The notes beneath the pieces are model-generated. The model had not been told where the DNA came from, did no database searches, and was given only the letters and a program-made list of their open reading frames with translations. Shown here piece by piece: positions 17,836-27,228 of a stretch of 64,000 nucleotides of DNA. How positions within the stretch are numbered: position 1 is the stretch's first letter; each line of letters begins with the position of its first letter. Position numbers and translations under genes: made by a program. The DNA comes from an uncultured Chloroflexia bacterium (GTDB lineage: Bacteria > Chloroflexota > UBA6077 > JACCZL01), in contig CAVXYC010000028.1 of the NCBI GenBank assembly GCA_963765765.1, forward strand, positions 146,613 through 210,612. The letters run 5' to 3'.

Positions 17836-18318
17836 CTTCGCCGCCATGCGGGCGAGCTCAGCGTTGGCATCAGGCGAGCTGGTTCCAGCGCCCACGAGCA
17901 GAATGGCCCAGGGATCCTCGGCTAACGCTGGAGCCGAGTTCCGAGCGCATCGGACTCGGTCAGCCAGCACTTCAAGGAGTCCATCACCGGAGCTCACTTG
18001 CGGAAGCATCGTAATCACAAGCTCAGGATTCCGCGCACGAGCCGCCGCGAGCTCCGCGGGGATATCCCGCCGCACATGCCCGGCGTCAAACAGGAACAGC
18101 GGCAGAACTATGAGCCCTCGAGACTCCCGGGCGAGCGCATCCACTGCCGCTTGAATAGACGGCGAGTCAGAGCCGGGGAACTCAAGCACCGCGTGCCCGA
18201 CAGTCGTTCCTCGAAGCTCTCGCGAGATTGCTCTCACTTGATCGAGAAACTCTCCTCGCGCTGCTTCATCGCGGCTACCGTGAGCCACAATGAGCACAGC
18301 GATGTCCGCCGTGCTCAT
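17485..18318 (-). CDS. cbiX: Sirohydrochlorin chelatase (CbiX/SirB family)
   Basis: VAHGSRD, PLFLFDAGHVRRDIP, LVGAGTSSPDAN and YFLNTG motifs across two CbiX domains. Confidence 0.88.
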   Translation of the reverse strand: MSTADIAVLIVAHGSRDEAARGEFLDQVRAISRELRGTTVGHAVLEFPGSDSPSIQAAVDALARESRGLIVLPLFLFDAGHVRRDIPAELAAARARNPELVITMLPQVSSGDGLLEVLADRVRCARNSAPALAEDPWAILLVGAGTSSPDANAELARMAAKLSDKLSTLVEPAFVSLARPTVVDGMARCVDRGARHVVTVHYFLNTGVLARRIEPQARAEAERLGVELTIGEHLGAHQILAKALAGRIHAALMSQADVSNHEDAENDAEQSDDITKT

Positions 18319-18337
18319 CGGGCTCTGCTTCATAAAC

Positions 18338-19084
18338 TCAGGCGCCACCAAGTGAAAACCAGATGCCGCGCTCACCATTGAAATTGGTCTCGAAGAGAAG
18401 CTCCTGAGCGCTCTCACCTTTCGGCACCTCATAAACCACATATCCCGTGACTTTGGCGCCAGGATAGATCGAGCCAAAAAGTCGAGGTTCGGGCTCAATG
18501 ATCGATGCCGTCTGGCGCAACACACGGTCCGCTCCCACCAGCTTGAAATCTGTTCCGCTCACCTGGAACGCATCGTCCGACGGACCGGTGAGGTAGACCA
18601 TGCTGAGCTTGGCAGCGAGATAATTGAACGAATCGTCGGGCGCTCGATTGAATCGATTCGCTTTTTGCACCAGCGGCCATGCGTCCCGAACGACCTCATC
18701 GATCGAGACTTCGAAGGTCGAGATACGACCGCGCCGATCAACCGAGCACTTACATATCACTCCCTGCGGAATTGGTCGGGTCAGATCCAGACCAAAAGTG
18801 TCTGACGGCTCGATGACGTTGCGTTCTATCCCGGCGGTAGGGAGACGGGGCGTAATTGGGAGATCTCCGCTTGCCGACGCCAGCGGTATCGCATCGATGT
18901 CCTCGTCAGTGAGCGCCGCGAGAGCAATGGGATAACGTAAGCCATCCTGGATTAAGAACATAGAGCCATCAGATTTCTGCCCAATCGATCGATTGGGCAC
19001 GATCTGCAGCGCAATCGCCGGGGCCGCGACGATCACACTGAGCGCAAATGCAAGAAGCGGTACGAATCGAACGGTGCGAGGCAT
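18338..19084 (-). CDS. Secreted protein with a DUF4352-like Ig-fold domain
   Basis: Signal peptide; NRAP....YL...DFKLVG...IYPGAKVTGYVVYEVP pattern. Confidence 0.65.
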   Translation of the reverse strand: MPRTVRFVPLLAFALSVIVAAPAIALQIVPNRSIGQKSDGSMFLIQDGLRYPIALAALTDEDIDAIPLASASGDLPITPRLPTAGIERNVIEPSDTFGLDLTRPIPQGVICKCSVDRRGRISTFEVSIDEVVRDAWPLVQKANRFNRAPDDSFNYLAAKLSMVYLTGPSDDAFQVSGTDFKLVGADRVLRQTASIIEPEPRLFGSIYPGAKVTGYVVYEVPKGESAQELLFETNFNGERGIWFSLGGA

Positions 19085-19365
19085 GCATCCCCCTGATGCG
19101 TTCATATGAGCCCCGTAATCGCCGGAGCAAAGCGCTGATTTCTACAACGAATTTTTGAACCAACCCGAATCGGAGAATTCGACTCGTTCAGCATCATTGT
19201 TAATCTGCACCTTTCAAATGCTAGCGACACGGATGTACTTCCGCTATGCTGTCGTCCAGCGTGATAAGAGCGCGAGTAGCTGTCCTGTGACCCTTCGGAG
19301 GTCGGCGTAAATTGGACACGTTGCACAACTGGCTGGGCAAGTACGGCTGGTATAATGAGCCCTAT

Positions 19366-21837
19366 ATGGGCCCCCCCGATCGACTCTTTCCGGTGGGGAA
19401 ACGAGTCACGATTGCCTGGCCACCCCTTGCTCTGGCTCTGGGCATGCTGTTCGCCTCGATCTTACCGACCTCCGTGTCGGCGCAGACGGGCGCGGCTGTC
19501 AGCATGCAAATTCGCGCGGGTTTTGATGGGCTTGGCAAAGTTGGAGGCTGGGTCCCTGTCGAGATCGAGCTTCGCAACGACGGTCCTGATATTTCCGGCG
19601 AGCTCCAGATCTCTGTACAGGATACGACAACTAATCGCGGGACTTACACTCGTCCGCCCACAGTTTACAGTGTGCCCGCGGTATTGCCGCGGAAATCGCA
19701 TAAGCGATTAACGGTCGAGATTCTATTACCAAGCTCTGCGATTCGCACTCAGGCCAAGCTCGTCGAAGGCACGACGACTCACCTGGAGCAAGATGTCACG
19801 CTAACCCGAGTTGCGCCCGGCGATCTCATATGCGGGGTTCTCTCACGTTCGTCCAACGCGCTCGACTTTCTGCCCAGCCTTGAGCTTCCCGCTCCGCTTC
19901 GACGTGCCCGTGTGGCGCGCATCGACGTCAGCGATCTACCAACCCGCCCACAGCTCCTGGCGAGCCTTGACTGCCTGATTCTTTCCAACCTTTCCACGCA
20001 GAGCATGCTCGACCTTCAGAAGGCGGCACTTTCTACATGGGTCGAGAATGGCGGCCTGCTCGTGCTCGCCGGTGGCCCCTCGTGGCAACGGACCGTATCG
20101 GCACTTCCGACGGGGCTGTTACCTGTGAAACTGAACGGCCTAGCGAGTGTGCAGCGGCTGGACGGCATGGCCGATTTCTTGAATACCGAGCTTACCGATA
20201 GCGGACCGTGGCTCGCGAGTCAGGCTTCAGTTGAAGACGGCACCGTGCTGGTTGAGGAAGACGGCGTGCCAGTGCTCGTCTCAGCGCGACGCGGAGCGGG
20301 CACAGTCTTCTATTTAGCGCTTGATCCGGCGGGTGAGCCGCTTCGAAGCTGGCCAGGAAGCGTGGGACTGTGGCGATACGTCCTTTCGCACGTTTCGGGC
20401 GGAGTTGGTCTGAGCGCCGCTGCGTCCAGCCCCTTCAGTAGCTGGGGACGCATTCCGCGCAATGCCTTAATCGACGTATCCACGATCTCACCGCCGTCAC
20501 CCAATGGTCTTGTGGGAATTCTGCTGGTCTACCTGCTCCTGGTTGGACCGGGGAACTATCTGCTAATCCGGCGCTACCAACAGCCGATGTGGACGCTGGT
20601 GACTGTACCGACATTGACAGTGCTGACAGTCATAGCCGGTTTCGCGATGAGCACAGTGAATCGCGATTCAGACGTAGTCGCGAATCAAATCTCGCTGGTA
20701 CGCGCCGGGCAATCGGGCGAGATTGGTCATGCCCGCACGTACGTCAGCGTATTGGCACGTCGGCCTGGCTGGTTCGATATCGCTACCAATGACGCATCAC
20801 TGATCTCCAGTCTGTACTTCCCATTCCCGAGAGATCCAACGATGGAAGCCGCTAGTGGCGGGACGAAAGTGCTCGAGGGTGCCCAGCCCTCCATCGTCGA
20901 TATGTACCTCCAGGCGGGCTCACTGGGCACTGCGTCCGTTGACAGTCTCGTTCAATATCAAGGACCGCTCGAATCTCATCTCATCGCGAACGGCGGAACG
21001 ATCAGCGGAACGATCACCAATCGTCTCGGGCAGACTTTGAGTGACGTGAACCTGGTACTCGACTTCCAAGCCACGCGCATTGGCGACCTGGCCGCGGGAG
21101 AAACTCGCGATATCTCGGTAAGTATGGGGCGTGCGCTTTCGGCCGGTTACGGCCCACCAACGTCATTCGCGAGCCTGCTTTACCCCAATGCACCCAAGCC
21201 GAAAATGATCCCGTCAGATACCGCTCGACGTGACGTGCTGGACTCGCTTCTTGGAACTGGGTTCAATTTCAATCGTCTTGAATTGCCCGGACTCGGTCTC
21301 ATTGGGTGGCTCGAATCCAGCGGGGTACCGATCGAGCTGAAGGGCGGCCGGGCCACGAATATCGATGGCGCACTCTACGTCGCGTCGCTGCCCATCGAGC
21401 TGCCCAAAGGGTTCGAGGGAGAAATCCCCGCACCAATCGTGGCGAAACGTCAACTCGGTGCTAACACCGCCAGTCGACAGCAGTACGGAAGCTATGATCT
21501 TTCGCCGGGTGAATCGCTTGCGCTTCAGTTCTCACTGCCTCTAGCGAATGGCCGCATGCTTCTGGACCGTCTTTATCTCAACGTGGATGGACGCTTTCGG
21601 GGTGGTAACCCGGCGGCAACCGCCATTGGGGACATCTCACTCTTCAACTGGCGGACGTCGGAATGGGAGGACTGGTCAGTCAGCTACGGCGTGAACGAGT
21701 TCATGGAGCCGGCCCGGTTTGTTTCCGGCGCAGGCGACGTGCGAGTTCGCTACACATTTCGACCGGCTCCCGACTCCAGAACCACCGGTGTCAGCTTCAC
21801 GCGGTTCGACGTCACGGCTCTCGGGCTCGTTCGATGA
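19366..21837 (+). CDS. Large exported/membrane protein with a class I glutamine-amidotransferase-like domain; first gene of the ABC-MoxR operon
   Basis: Signal peptide, GFDG..K.G.W.PV, ALSTWVENGGLLVLAGG, two central TMs (YLLLVGPGNY); TG-TATAAT 9 nt before the ATG at 19366. Confidence 0.75.
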   Translation: MGPPDRLFPVGKRVTIAWPPLALALGMLFASILPTSVSAQTGAAVSMQIRAGFDGLGKVGGWVPVEIELRNDGPDISGELQISVQDTTTNRGTYTRPPTVYSVPAVLPRKSHKRLTVEILLPSSAIRTQAKLVEGTTTHLEQDVTLTRVAPGDLICGVLSRSSNALDFLPSLELPAPLRRARVARIDVSDLPTRPQLLASLDCLILSNLSTQSMLDLQKAALSTWVENGGLLVLAGGPSWQRTVSALPTGLLPVKLNGLASVQRLDGMADFLNTELTDSGPWLASQASVEDGTVLVEEDGVPVLVSARRGAGTVFYLALDPAGEPLRSWPGSVGLWRYVLSHVSGGVGLSAAASSPFSSWGRIPRNALIDVSTISPPSPNGLVGILLVYLLLVGPGNYLLIRRYQQPMWTLVTVPTLTVLTVIAGFAMSTVNRDSDVVANQISLVRAGQSGEIGHARTYVSVLARRPGWFDIATNDASLISSLYFPFPRDPTMEAASGGTKVLEGAQPSIVDMYLQAGSLGTASVDSLVQYQGPLESHLIANGGTISGTITNRLGQTLSDVNLVLDFQATRIGDLAAGETRDISVSMGRALSAGYGPPTSFASLLYPNAPKPKMIPSDTARRDVLDSLLGTGFNFNRLELPGLGLIGWLESSGVPIELKGGRATNIDGALYVASLPIELPKGFEGEIPAPIVAKRQLGANTASRQQYGSYDLSPGESLALQFSLPLANGRMLLDRLYLNVDGRFRGGNPAATAIGDISLFNWRTSEWEDWSVSYGVNEFMEPARFVSGAGDVRVRYTFRPAPDSRTTGVSFTRFDVTALGLVR

Positions 21838-22778
21838 GCATCCTCTCCGTTAAGCATCTCACGTACGTGGTGAGGCATAGGCGGCTGCTTGACGATGTGA
21901 GCTTCGATGTGGAGGCTGGCCGGCCCCTGGCTATGGTAGGACCTAATGGCGCCGGCAAGTCAACGCTGCTCCGTATTCTGGCGACGGCGGCTCGGGCGAC
22001 GTCTGGCTCTGTCATGATCGACGGCCTTGACGTCCTTCGGCAGGCGCCCCTCGCGCGGCGTCGATTAGGCTACGTCCCTGATATCTTCGGCATCTACCCT
22101 AATCTCACGGTCATGCAGTACCTCGATTTCTTTGCCCGAGCGGCGGGCGTTGCGAGCTGGGAGCGTCGAGAGGCGGTTGAAGCCATGCTGCGCGTGGTTG
22201 ATCTCTTCGATGCGCGGGGGGAACTGGCGTCTTCGCTGTCGCGCGGACGGACACGGCGTCTTGCCCTGGCCCGGGCCCTAGTCCATAACCCAGCCGTTTT
22301 ACTCCTTGATGATCCCTTGCTTGGACTTGATGGCCGAGGTCGCCTGGAGCTCCGAGAGGTGCTTCGCGAGCTGAGCCAAATGCAGATAACGGCCGTGATA
22401 GCAAGCCACCTCCTTGGTGACCTCGCCGACATCTGCTCTGATGTCCTCGTGCTGAACGATGGACAGGTGAGCTACAGCGGACCGATGACTGAGGTCCTGG
22501 CTACGGCGAGCCGTCCGCAACAGCGAGTCCGACTGCGAGTGCTGGAAAAACTGGAAGTTGCCGCGGAGACCTTGGGAGCGATGCCAACTGTTCGCGAGGT
22601 TACAACCTCAGATCAGGAGATCTCATTTCTTCTCATTGGCGACGATCGGGCGTTGGCGGACCTGCTCCAGAAGCTCCTGGACGAGGGTATTCGGGTGGTG
22701 CGGTTCGGGCACGGGGGCGAGTTGATGGATGAGCTCTCAGCGGGGCTGGCCGAAATGACCTCAGAGCGGTCGAGCTAA
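21834..22778 (+). CDS. ABC transporter ATP-binding protein with a degenerate Walker B and signature
   Basis: GPNGAGKST, LSRGRTRR, LLLDDP, ASH; ATGA overlap with the upstream gene. Confidence 0.9.
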   Translation: MSILSVKHLTYVVRHRRLLDDVSFDVEAGRPLAMVGPNGAGKSTLLRILATAARATSGSVMIDGLDVLRQAPLARRRLGYVPDIFGIYPNLTVMQYLDFFARAAGVASWERREAVEAMLRVVDLFDARGELASSLSRGRTRRLALARALVHNPAVLLLDDPLLGLDGRGRLELREVLRELSQMQITAVIASHLLGDLADICSDVLVLNDGQVSYSGPMTEVLATASRPQQRVRLRVLEKLEVAAETLGAMPTVREVTTSDQEISFLLIGDDRALADLLQKLLDEGIRVVRFGHGGELMDELSAGLAEMTSERSS

Positions 22779-23728
22779 TGTGGTCTGCCGTTCTCGCCAA
22801 AGAGTTTTCATCCCGACTGCAAAGCCGTGTGGCGTACGCCGTGTTGACGATCCTGGTTGCGTCATTCTCGGCGCTGACAATCGGAGCATTCTGGCTGCTG
22901 GTATCAACCGTTCCCACTATCGTTCCGGTCATCGGATCCAGCGTGGGCTCAGGTGGCGGCACAACGCTCCCGACGCTTATCGTCGGCTATCGTGGAGTGT
23001 TCCTGTTCATTGCGATGGGGTTGTGCCTGCTGGGCGCACTCTTTGTGATTGCTCCAGCCATCGGTAGCTCGGCAATAACCTCGGAAAAAGAGGAAGGCAC
23101 GTTCGACATCCTGATCACCAGCGGCTCATCCGGCCGCGGCGTGGTTATGGGAAAGGTCCTCGCCGCAAGTATTTTCGTAGGTCTATTGATGCTTACGACA
23201 GCCCCGGGGTTCTCCATTGCCTGGTATTACGGCGGGGTTGGCTGGGCGGAGATCATTCCAACCCTCTCTGTCACGCTCACTTCACTATGGCTGCTGATAT
23301 GCCTGGGTGTCTTCATCTCGTCATTCACCCGATCGTCGATGTTGGCGGCACTCTTTGCTTACTGCGCGGTATTCCTTCTGTCGTTCGGCACGCTCGGCCT
23401 TTACCTCATCGGTGCGTCGCTTCAGATGGAGGCATTTGTCCGTCCTTTATTGATCCTGAACCCGTTCGCTTCATTGATCACCATCCCAGACACCATCAGC
23501 GCTCAAGTAGCTCAAATCCTGCCGTTTCAGTATCGCGCGTTGCTTGATCAGCCTATGATTGAAATGGGTAGTCTTCCGCTGCGATTCCCGCGTTGGACTT
23601 CGACGTCGGTGGTCTTTCTGGTGACTGGCCTCATCCTGACGCTCATTTCAGCGATCGTCATAGATCCCTGCGATGGACTGAAATCCCGTCTGGGCTCGCG
23701 CGTATCACGTACAGGAGAGCAAGCATGA
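22778..23728 (+). CDS. ABC-2/GldF-like permease
   Basis: AITSEKEEGTFDIL motif, GKVLA, multiple TM segments. Confidence 0.88.
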   Translation: MWSAVLAKEFSSRLQSRVAYAVLTILVASFSALTIGAFWLLVSTVPTIVPVIGSSVGSGGGTTLPTLIVGYRGVFLFIAMGLCLLGALFVIAPAIGSSAITSEKEEGTFDILITSGSSGRGVVMGKVLAASIFVGLLMLTTAPGFSIAWYYGGVGWAEIIPTLSVTLTSLWLLICLGVFISSFTRSSMLAALFAYCAVFLLSFGTLGLYLIGASLQMEAFVRPLLILNPFASLITIPDTISAQVAQILPFQYRALLDQPMIEMGSLPLRFPRWTSTSVVFLVTGLILTLISAIVIDPCDGLKSRLGSRVSRTGEQA

Positions 23729-25308
23729 GCTCACAGGCGATGGCCTCGTTCAACGACCGCGTCGCGCTTCGTGAAGGTCTCAACCTGATATCTCGAGTGA
23801 TCAAGCTCCAGTCCGCCGTAGTCTGGTTCTTCAGGGGCGTGGTGCTGGGACTGGTGGCCGATTGCGCTCTGCTCGTGGCAATGCGGCTCTCGCCACTGGG
23901 CGTGCAGCTGCAGTGGCTTGTGTTACCCCCCGCCATTCTCGGCGTAGCCGGGCTCGTTGCTGCATTTGTGTGGCCTATCCCAATAGAGAACATCGCTCGC
24001 CGCGCTGACGCTCGACTTGGCCTGAAGGAGCGACTGATTACGGCAATCGAGTTGCAGCGAAGTAAGGACTCGCACCCGTTAGCCGGCCTCCAATTGCACG
24101 ACGCCGTAGAGCACGTTCGCCAGGTTGAGGCGCTTGACGCCTTTCCGGTGAAACTGCCTCTCCGTGAGCTACAGATTGTAGGTGCTCTCGCCGTGATCGC
24201 CACTCTACTCGTCGCCGCGCCGAATCCCATGGAGCGAGCGGTACGAGAGCGAGAACAGGTCCAACAGGCCGTCCGGCAAGAAGCGGAGCGCCTGAACCGT
24301 TTAGCGGACCAGGTAGCAGCCTCGAATCTCGACGATCCGGTTGAGGAGCTCAGCCAGCTGGAGCAGGAGCTCCGTGAGGGTGCACGACTTCTCAATGAGC
24401 GCTCCTCGAGTGGCGAGGAAGCCATGGCAGCGCTCTCATCTATAGAGCAGAAGATCCTGGGCTCACAGGGGGCCGGCGGCGACGAGCTGGATGACGCGCT
24501 TTCGTCATTGGCTGGATCATTGGCGTTGGATCAGAATACGCGGTCGCTCGCCACGAGCCTTGCCCGCGGAGACTATAAGCAATCTGCTGAGGAGCTTAGA
24601 AAGCTCGCCGAGCAAGTACCGGATATGTCCGCCGCGGATCGCTCCCGCCTCTCGCGTTCACTGCGCACCGCGGGGAACCGCGCGTCTCGCTCCAACCCGG
24701 CGCTCGGACGGAGCCTTTCCCAGAGTGGCGATTCACTGGATGACCCTAACGGCGATCCTAGTGGTGCGATGGGTGAGGCCGCCGGTCAGCTTAACGCTGC
24801 TGATGGCCAGCTCCGCGCAGGTGGACAGCGTGATCGCGCCCTCTCACAGGTCCAACAGAGCCGCTCAGCCGTGAGCCGCGCGCTTCAAGCTGCTCGGGGT
24901 CGCCAGGCGCCCGGAATGCAGGCACCTGGCCAGCGCGGTGCAGTGGATGGGCAATCCTCGGACATGAGTGGCTCCGGCGGTGAATACGACGATGAGATGG
25001 GCGGCGATCGACCGGGTGGCTCCAGTGCCGGCAATGGCCCTGGATCGCGGTCCGAAACCGTATACGACCCACTTTTCAGTACGGGCCGCGAAGATGTCAT
25101 CCCGGGTGGCGAATTTGATCCCGGAGAGGTGTACGCCGGGTCCTCAATGGACGACGCGTATCGCAATGACGCCCAGGTGGGTTACTCCAGCGTCTACGCC
25201 GATTACCAGGAGAAAGCCACGCAATCACTGCAAAACAGCTACATTCCCTCCGGTCTGAAGGACCTCGTCAAAGACTACTTCTCATCTCTCGCGCCGAGCT
25301 CAAAATGA
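23725..25308 (+). CDS. Membrane-anchored long coiled-coil protein (DUF4175-like)
   Basis: Three TMs, LKERLITAIE motif, long helical region, Gly-rich linker, C-terminal IPSGLKDLVKDYF. Confidence 0.75.
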   Translation: MSSQAMASFNDRVALREGLNLISRVIKLQSAVVWFFRGVVLGLVADCALLVAMRLSPLGVQLQWLVLPPAILGVAGLVAAFVWPIPIENIARRADARLGLKERLITAIELQRSKDSHPLAGLQLHDAVEHVRQVEALDAFPVKLPLRELQIVGALAVIATLLVAAPNPMERAVREREQVQQAVRQEAERLNRLADQVAASNLDDPVEELSQLEQELREGARLLNERSSSGEEAMAALSSIEQKILGSQGAGGDELDDALSSLAGSLALDQNTRSLATSLARGDYKQSAEELRKLAEQVPDMSAADRSRLSRSLRTAGNRASRSNPALGRSLSQSGDSLDDPNGDPSGAMGEAAGQLNAADGQLRAGGQRDRALSQVQQSRSAVSRALQAARGRQAPGMQAPGQRGAVDGQSSDMSGSGGEYDDEMGGDRPGGSSAGNGPGSRSETVYDPLFSTGREDVIPGGEFDPGEVYAGSSMDDAYRNDAQVGYSSVYADYQEKATQSLQNSYIPSGLKDLVKDYFSSLAPSSK

Positions 25309-26336
25309 CGCAAACTGAATCAACGACCCCGTCCGCAGTTGAACAGTCGGGTGCATCACCCAGTTTGATGTCGCCTGAGGAGTTCATTCAAATAGCCCGC
25401 GCTATAGAGCGCGAGGTAGCGAAAGTCATCGTTGGGCAGGACGAGGCCGTGCGAGGCATTCTCACGTGCCTGCTAGCGGGCGGGCATGCCCTGCTGGAGG
25501 GCGTACCGGGCCTGGGAAAGACGATGCTCGTGCGGACCCTTTCTCAGGTGCTGGACCTTAACTTCAGTCGGATTCAGTTCACGCCCGACCTGATGCCGGC
25601 GGATATTACTGGAACCAACATCATCGCGGAGGAAGCCGGGGCGCGCGGCTTTCAATTCCAGGCTGGACCGATTTTCGCGAATATCGTCCTCGCAGATGAG
25701 ATCAATCGCGCCACCCCTAAAACACAGTCGGCATTGCTGGAAGCCATGCAGGAGCATCGGGTTACGGTGGCTCGAGTGAGTCACACACTGGAGCGCCCGT
25801 TCTTCGTCATGGCCACGCAGAACCCGATCGAGATGGAAGGCACATACCCATTGCCGGAAGCCCAGCTCGATCGCTTCTTCTTCAAGTTGACCGTCGGGTA
25901 CCCGTCGGAAGATGAGCTCATGGCTATAGCGGAGCGCACGACGGGCACCGCTTCAGTGGATGTTCAGACCGTTGCGGATCGCACGATGGTGCTTAGAATG
26001 GTGGAGCTCGCACGCGAGCTGCCCATCGCAAAAGCGGTTCTCAGCTACGCCGTTAAGCTCACAACTCGAACGCACCCGGAGCGAGAAGATAGTCCTGAGA
26101 CCTCCAGGCGATTTGTACGCTACGGCGCCAGCCCTCGCGGACTTCAGTCGCTTGTGCTTGGTGCCAAGATTCGCGCGCTACTCGAAGGCCGTTTCAATGT
26201 GTCTTACGATGACGTGCGTGCCGCAGCATTACCGTCACTGCGGCACAGAGTCATCCTGAACTTCGAGGCAGACGCGGAGGGCGTGACCACAGATCGCGTC
26301 ATTCTCGACGTGCTCGCCGCCACACGCGCTACCTGA
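25305..26336 (+). CDS. moxR: MoxR family AAA+ ATPase
   Basis: LEGVPGLGKT, RIQFTPDLMPAD, DEINR, ATQNPIE, YPLPEAQLDRF. Confidence 0.96.
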   Translation: MTQTESTTPSAVEQSGASPSLMSPEEFIQIARAIEREVAKVIVGQDEAVRGILTCLLAGGHALLEGVPGLGKTMLVRTLSQVLDLNFSRIQFTPDLMPADITGTNIIAEEAGARGFQFQAGPIFANIVLADEINRATPKTQSALLEAMQEHRVTVARVSHTLERPFFVMATQNPIEMEGTYPLPEAQLDRFFFKLTVGYPSEDELMAIAERTTGTASVDVQTVADRTMVLRMVELARELPIAKAVLSYAVKLTTRTHPEREDSPETSRRFVRYGASPRGLQSLVLGAKIRALLEGRFNVSYDDVRAAALPSLRHRVILNFEADAEGVTTDRVILDVLAATRAT

Positions 26337-26349
26337 GCCTGGTTGATCC

Positions 26350-27228
26350 ATGCCAAACACCACCGTCGACTCGGCTCTTCTTGACCGACTAGAGCGGCTC
26401 TCAATCGTTAGCCGCCACCGGCTTATGGGCCATGGCAAAGGTGATCGACGGAGTATCCGGCGTGGCACCTCGATAGAGTTCGTCGACTACCGGCATTATG
26501 TCCCTGGCGATGATCCTCGTCAGGTCGACTGGAATATCTACGGTCGATCTGGATCACTCTTTGTCAAGATGTTCGAAGAGGAAGAGGTGCTCACCGTTCA
26601 CTTGCTCGTGGATGGCAGCGCCTCCATGGACTGGGGCGCCCCCAATAAAGCGGCCATGGCTCGACAGCTTACCGCCGCGCTCGGCTACGTGGCACTCTCA
26701 GGCTCCAGCCGCATTCAGGCAGCCGTGTTGAACGGTGAGCAGCTCAACATGTTTGGCCCAGCCTGGGGCCGTAAGAACACGTCTTCACTCCTGGAATACC
26801 TTGACGCCGCCAGATTTCGAGGTGGCACGGACGTAAACGCCGGCCTGAGGGCCTACGCCCGGCGAAGCTCAGAACCAGGTGTCACCTTCCTCATCTCCGA
26901 TCTCCTGGCCCCGTCGATTGAGAACGGCATGCGTGCCCTCCTCGACCACCACTACGAGCTCATCGTCCTTCACATGCTCGCCCCCCAGGAGCTCGATCCG
27001 CCAATGACCGGCGATCTCAACTTGATTGACCGTGAGACTGGTGAGGAGATACCCATCACCCTGAACCAGGAAGCGCTGGATCGCTATCGGACGCGACTCT
27101 CAGAGTGGCGACAAGAGATTGAGCGCATGTGCCTCCACCTCGGGGCCATTTATGAGCCGGTGAGCTCTGCCGACCGACTGGAGCACGTGCTCTTCGATCG
27201 ACTGCGCCGACGTGGAGCGCTGAGGTGA
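26350..27228 (+). CDS. DUF58 domain (VWA-like) protein
   Basis: EFVDYRHYVPGDDPRQVDWN, DGSASM, ISD motifs. Confidence 0.95.
   Translation: MPNTTVDSALLDRLERLSIVSRHRLMGHGKGDRRSIRRGTSIEFVDYRHYVPGDDPRQVDWNIYGRSGSLFVKMFEEEEVLTVHLLVDGSASMDWGAPNKAAMARQLTAALGYVALSGSSRIQAAVLNGEQLNMFGPAWGRKNTSSLLEYLDAARFRGGTDVNAGLRAYARRSSEPGVTFLISDLLAPSIENGMRALLDHHYELIVLHMLAPQELDPPMTGDLNLIDRETGEEIPITLNQEALDRYRTRLSEWRQEIERMCLHLGAIYEPVSSADRLEHVLFDRLRRRGALR

Noticed and set aside
18319-18525. Long N-terminal extension of CbiX in the ORF track
   Set aside because: It overlaps the upstream gene on the same strand, and CbiX similarity starts at MSTAD. Similar over-extensions were trimmed for rplI, dnaB, pdxA, the L,D-transpeptidase and the ORFs at 21663 and 23593.
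19270-19320. Small hairpin with a cUUCGg loop upstream of the ABC-MoxR operon as a riboswitch or ncRNA
   Set aside because: No recognisable aptamer consensus, and it lies upstream of the likely -10 box; an Rfam/Infernal search would be needed.
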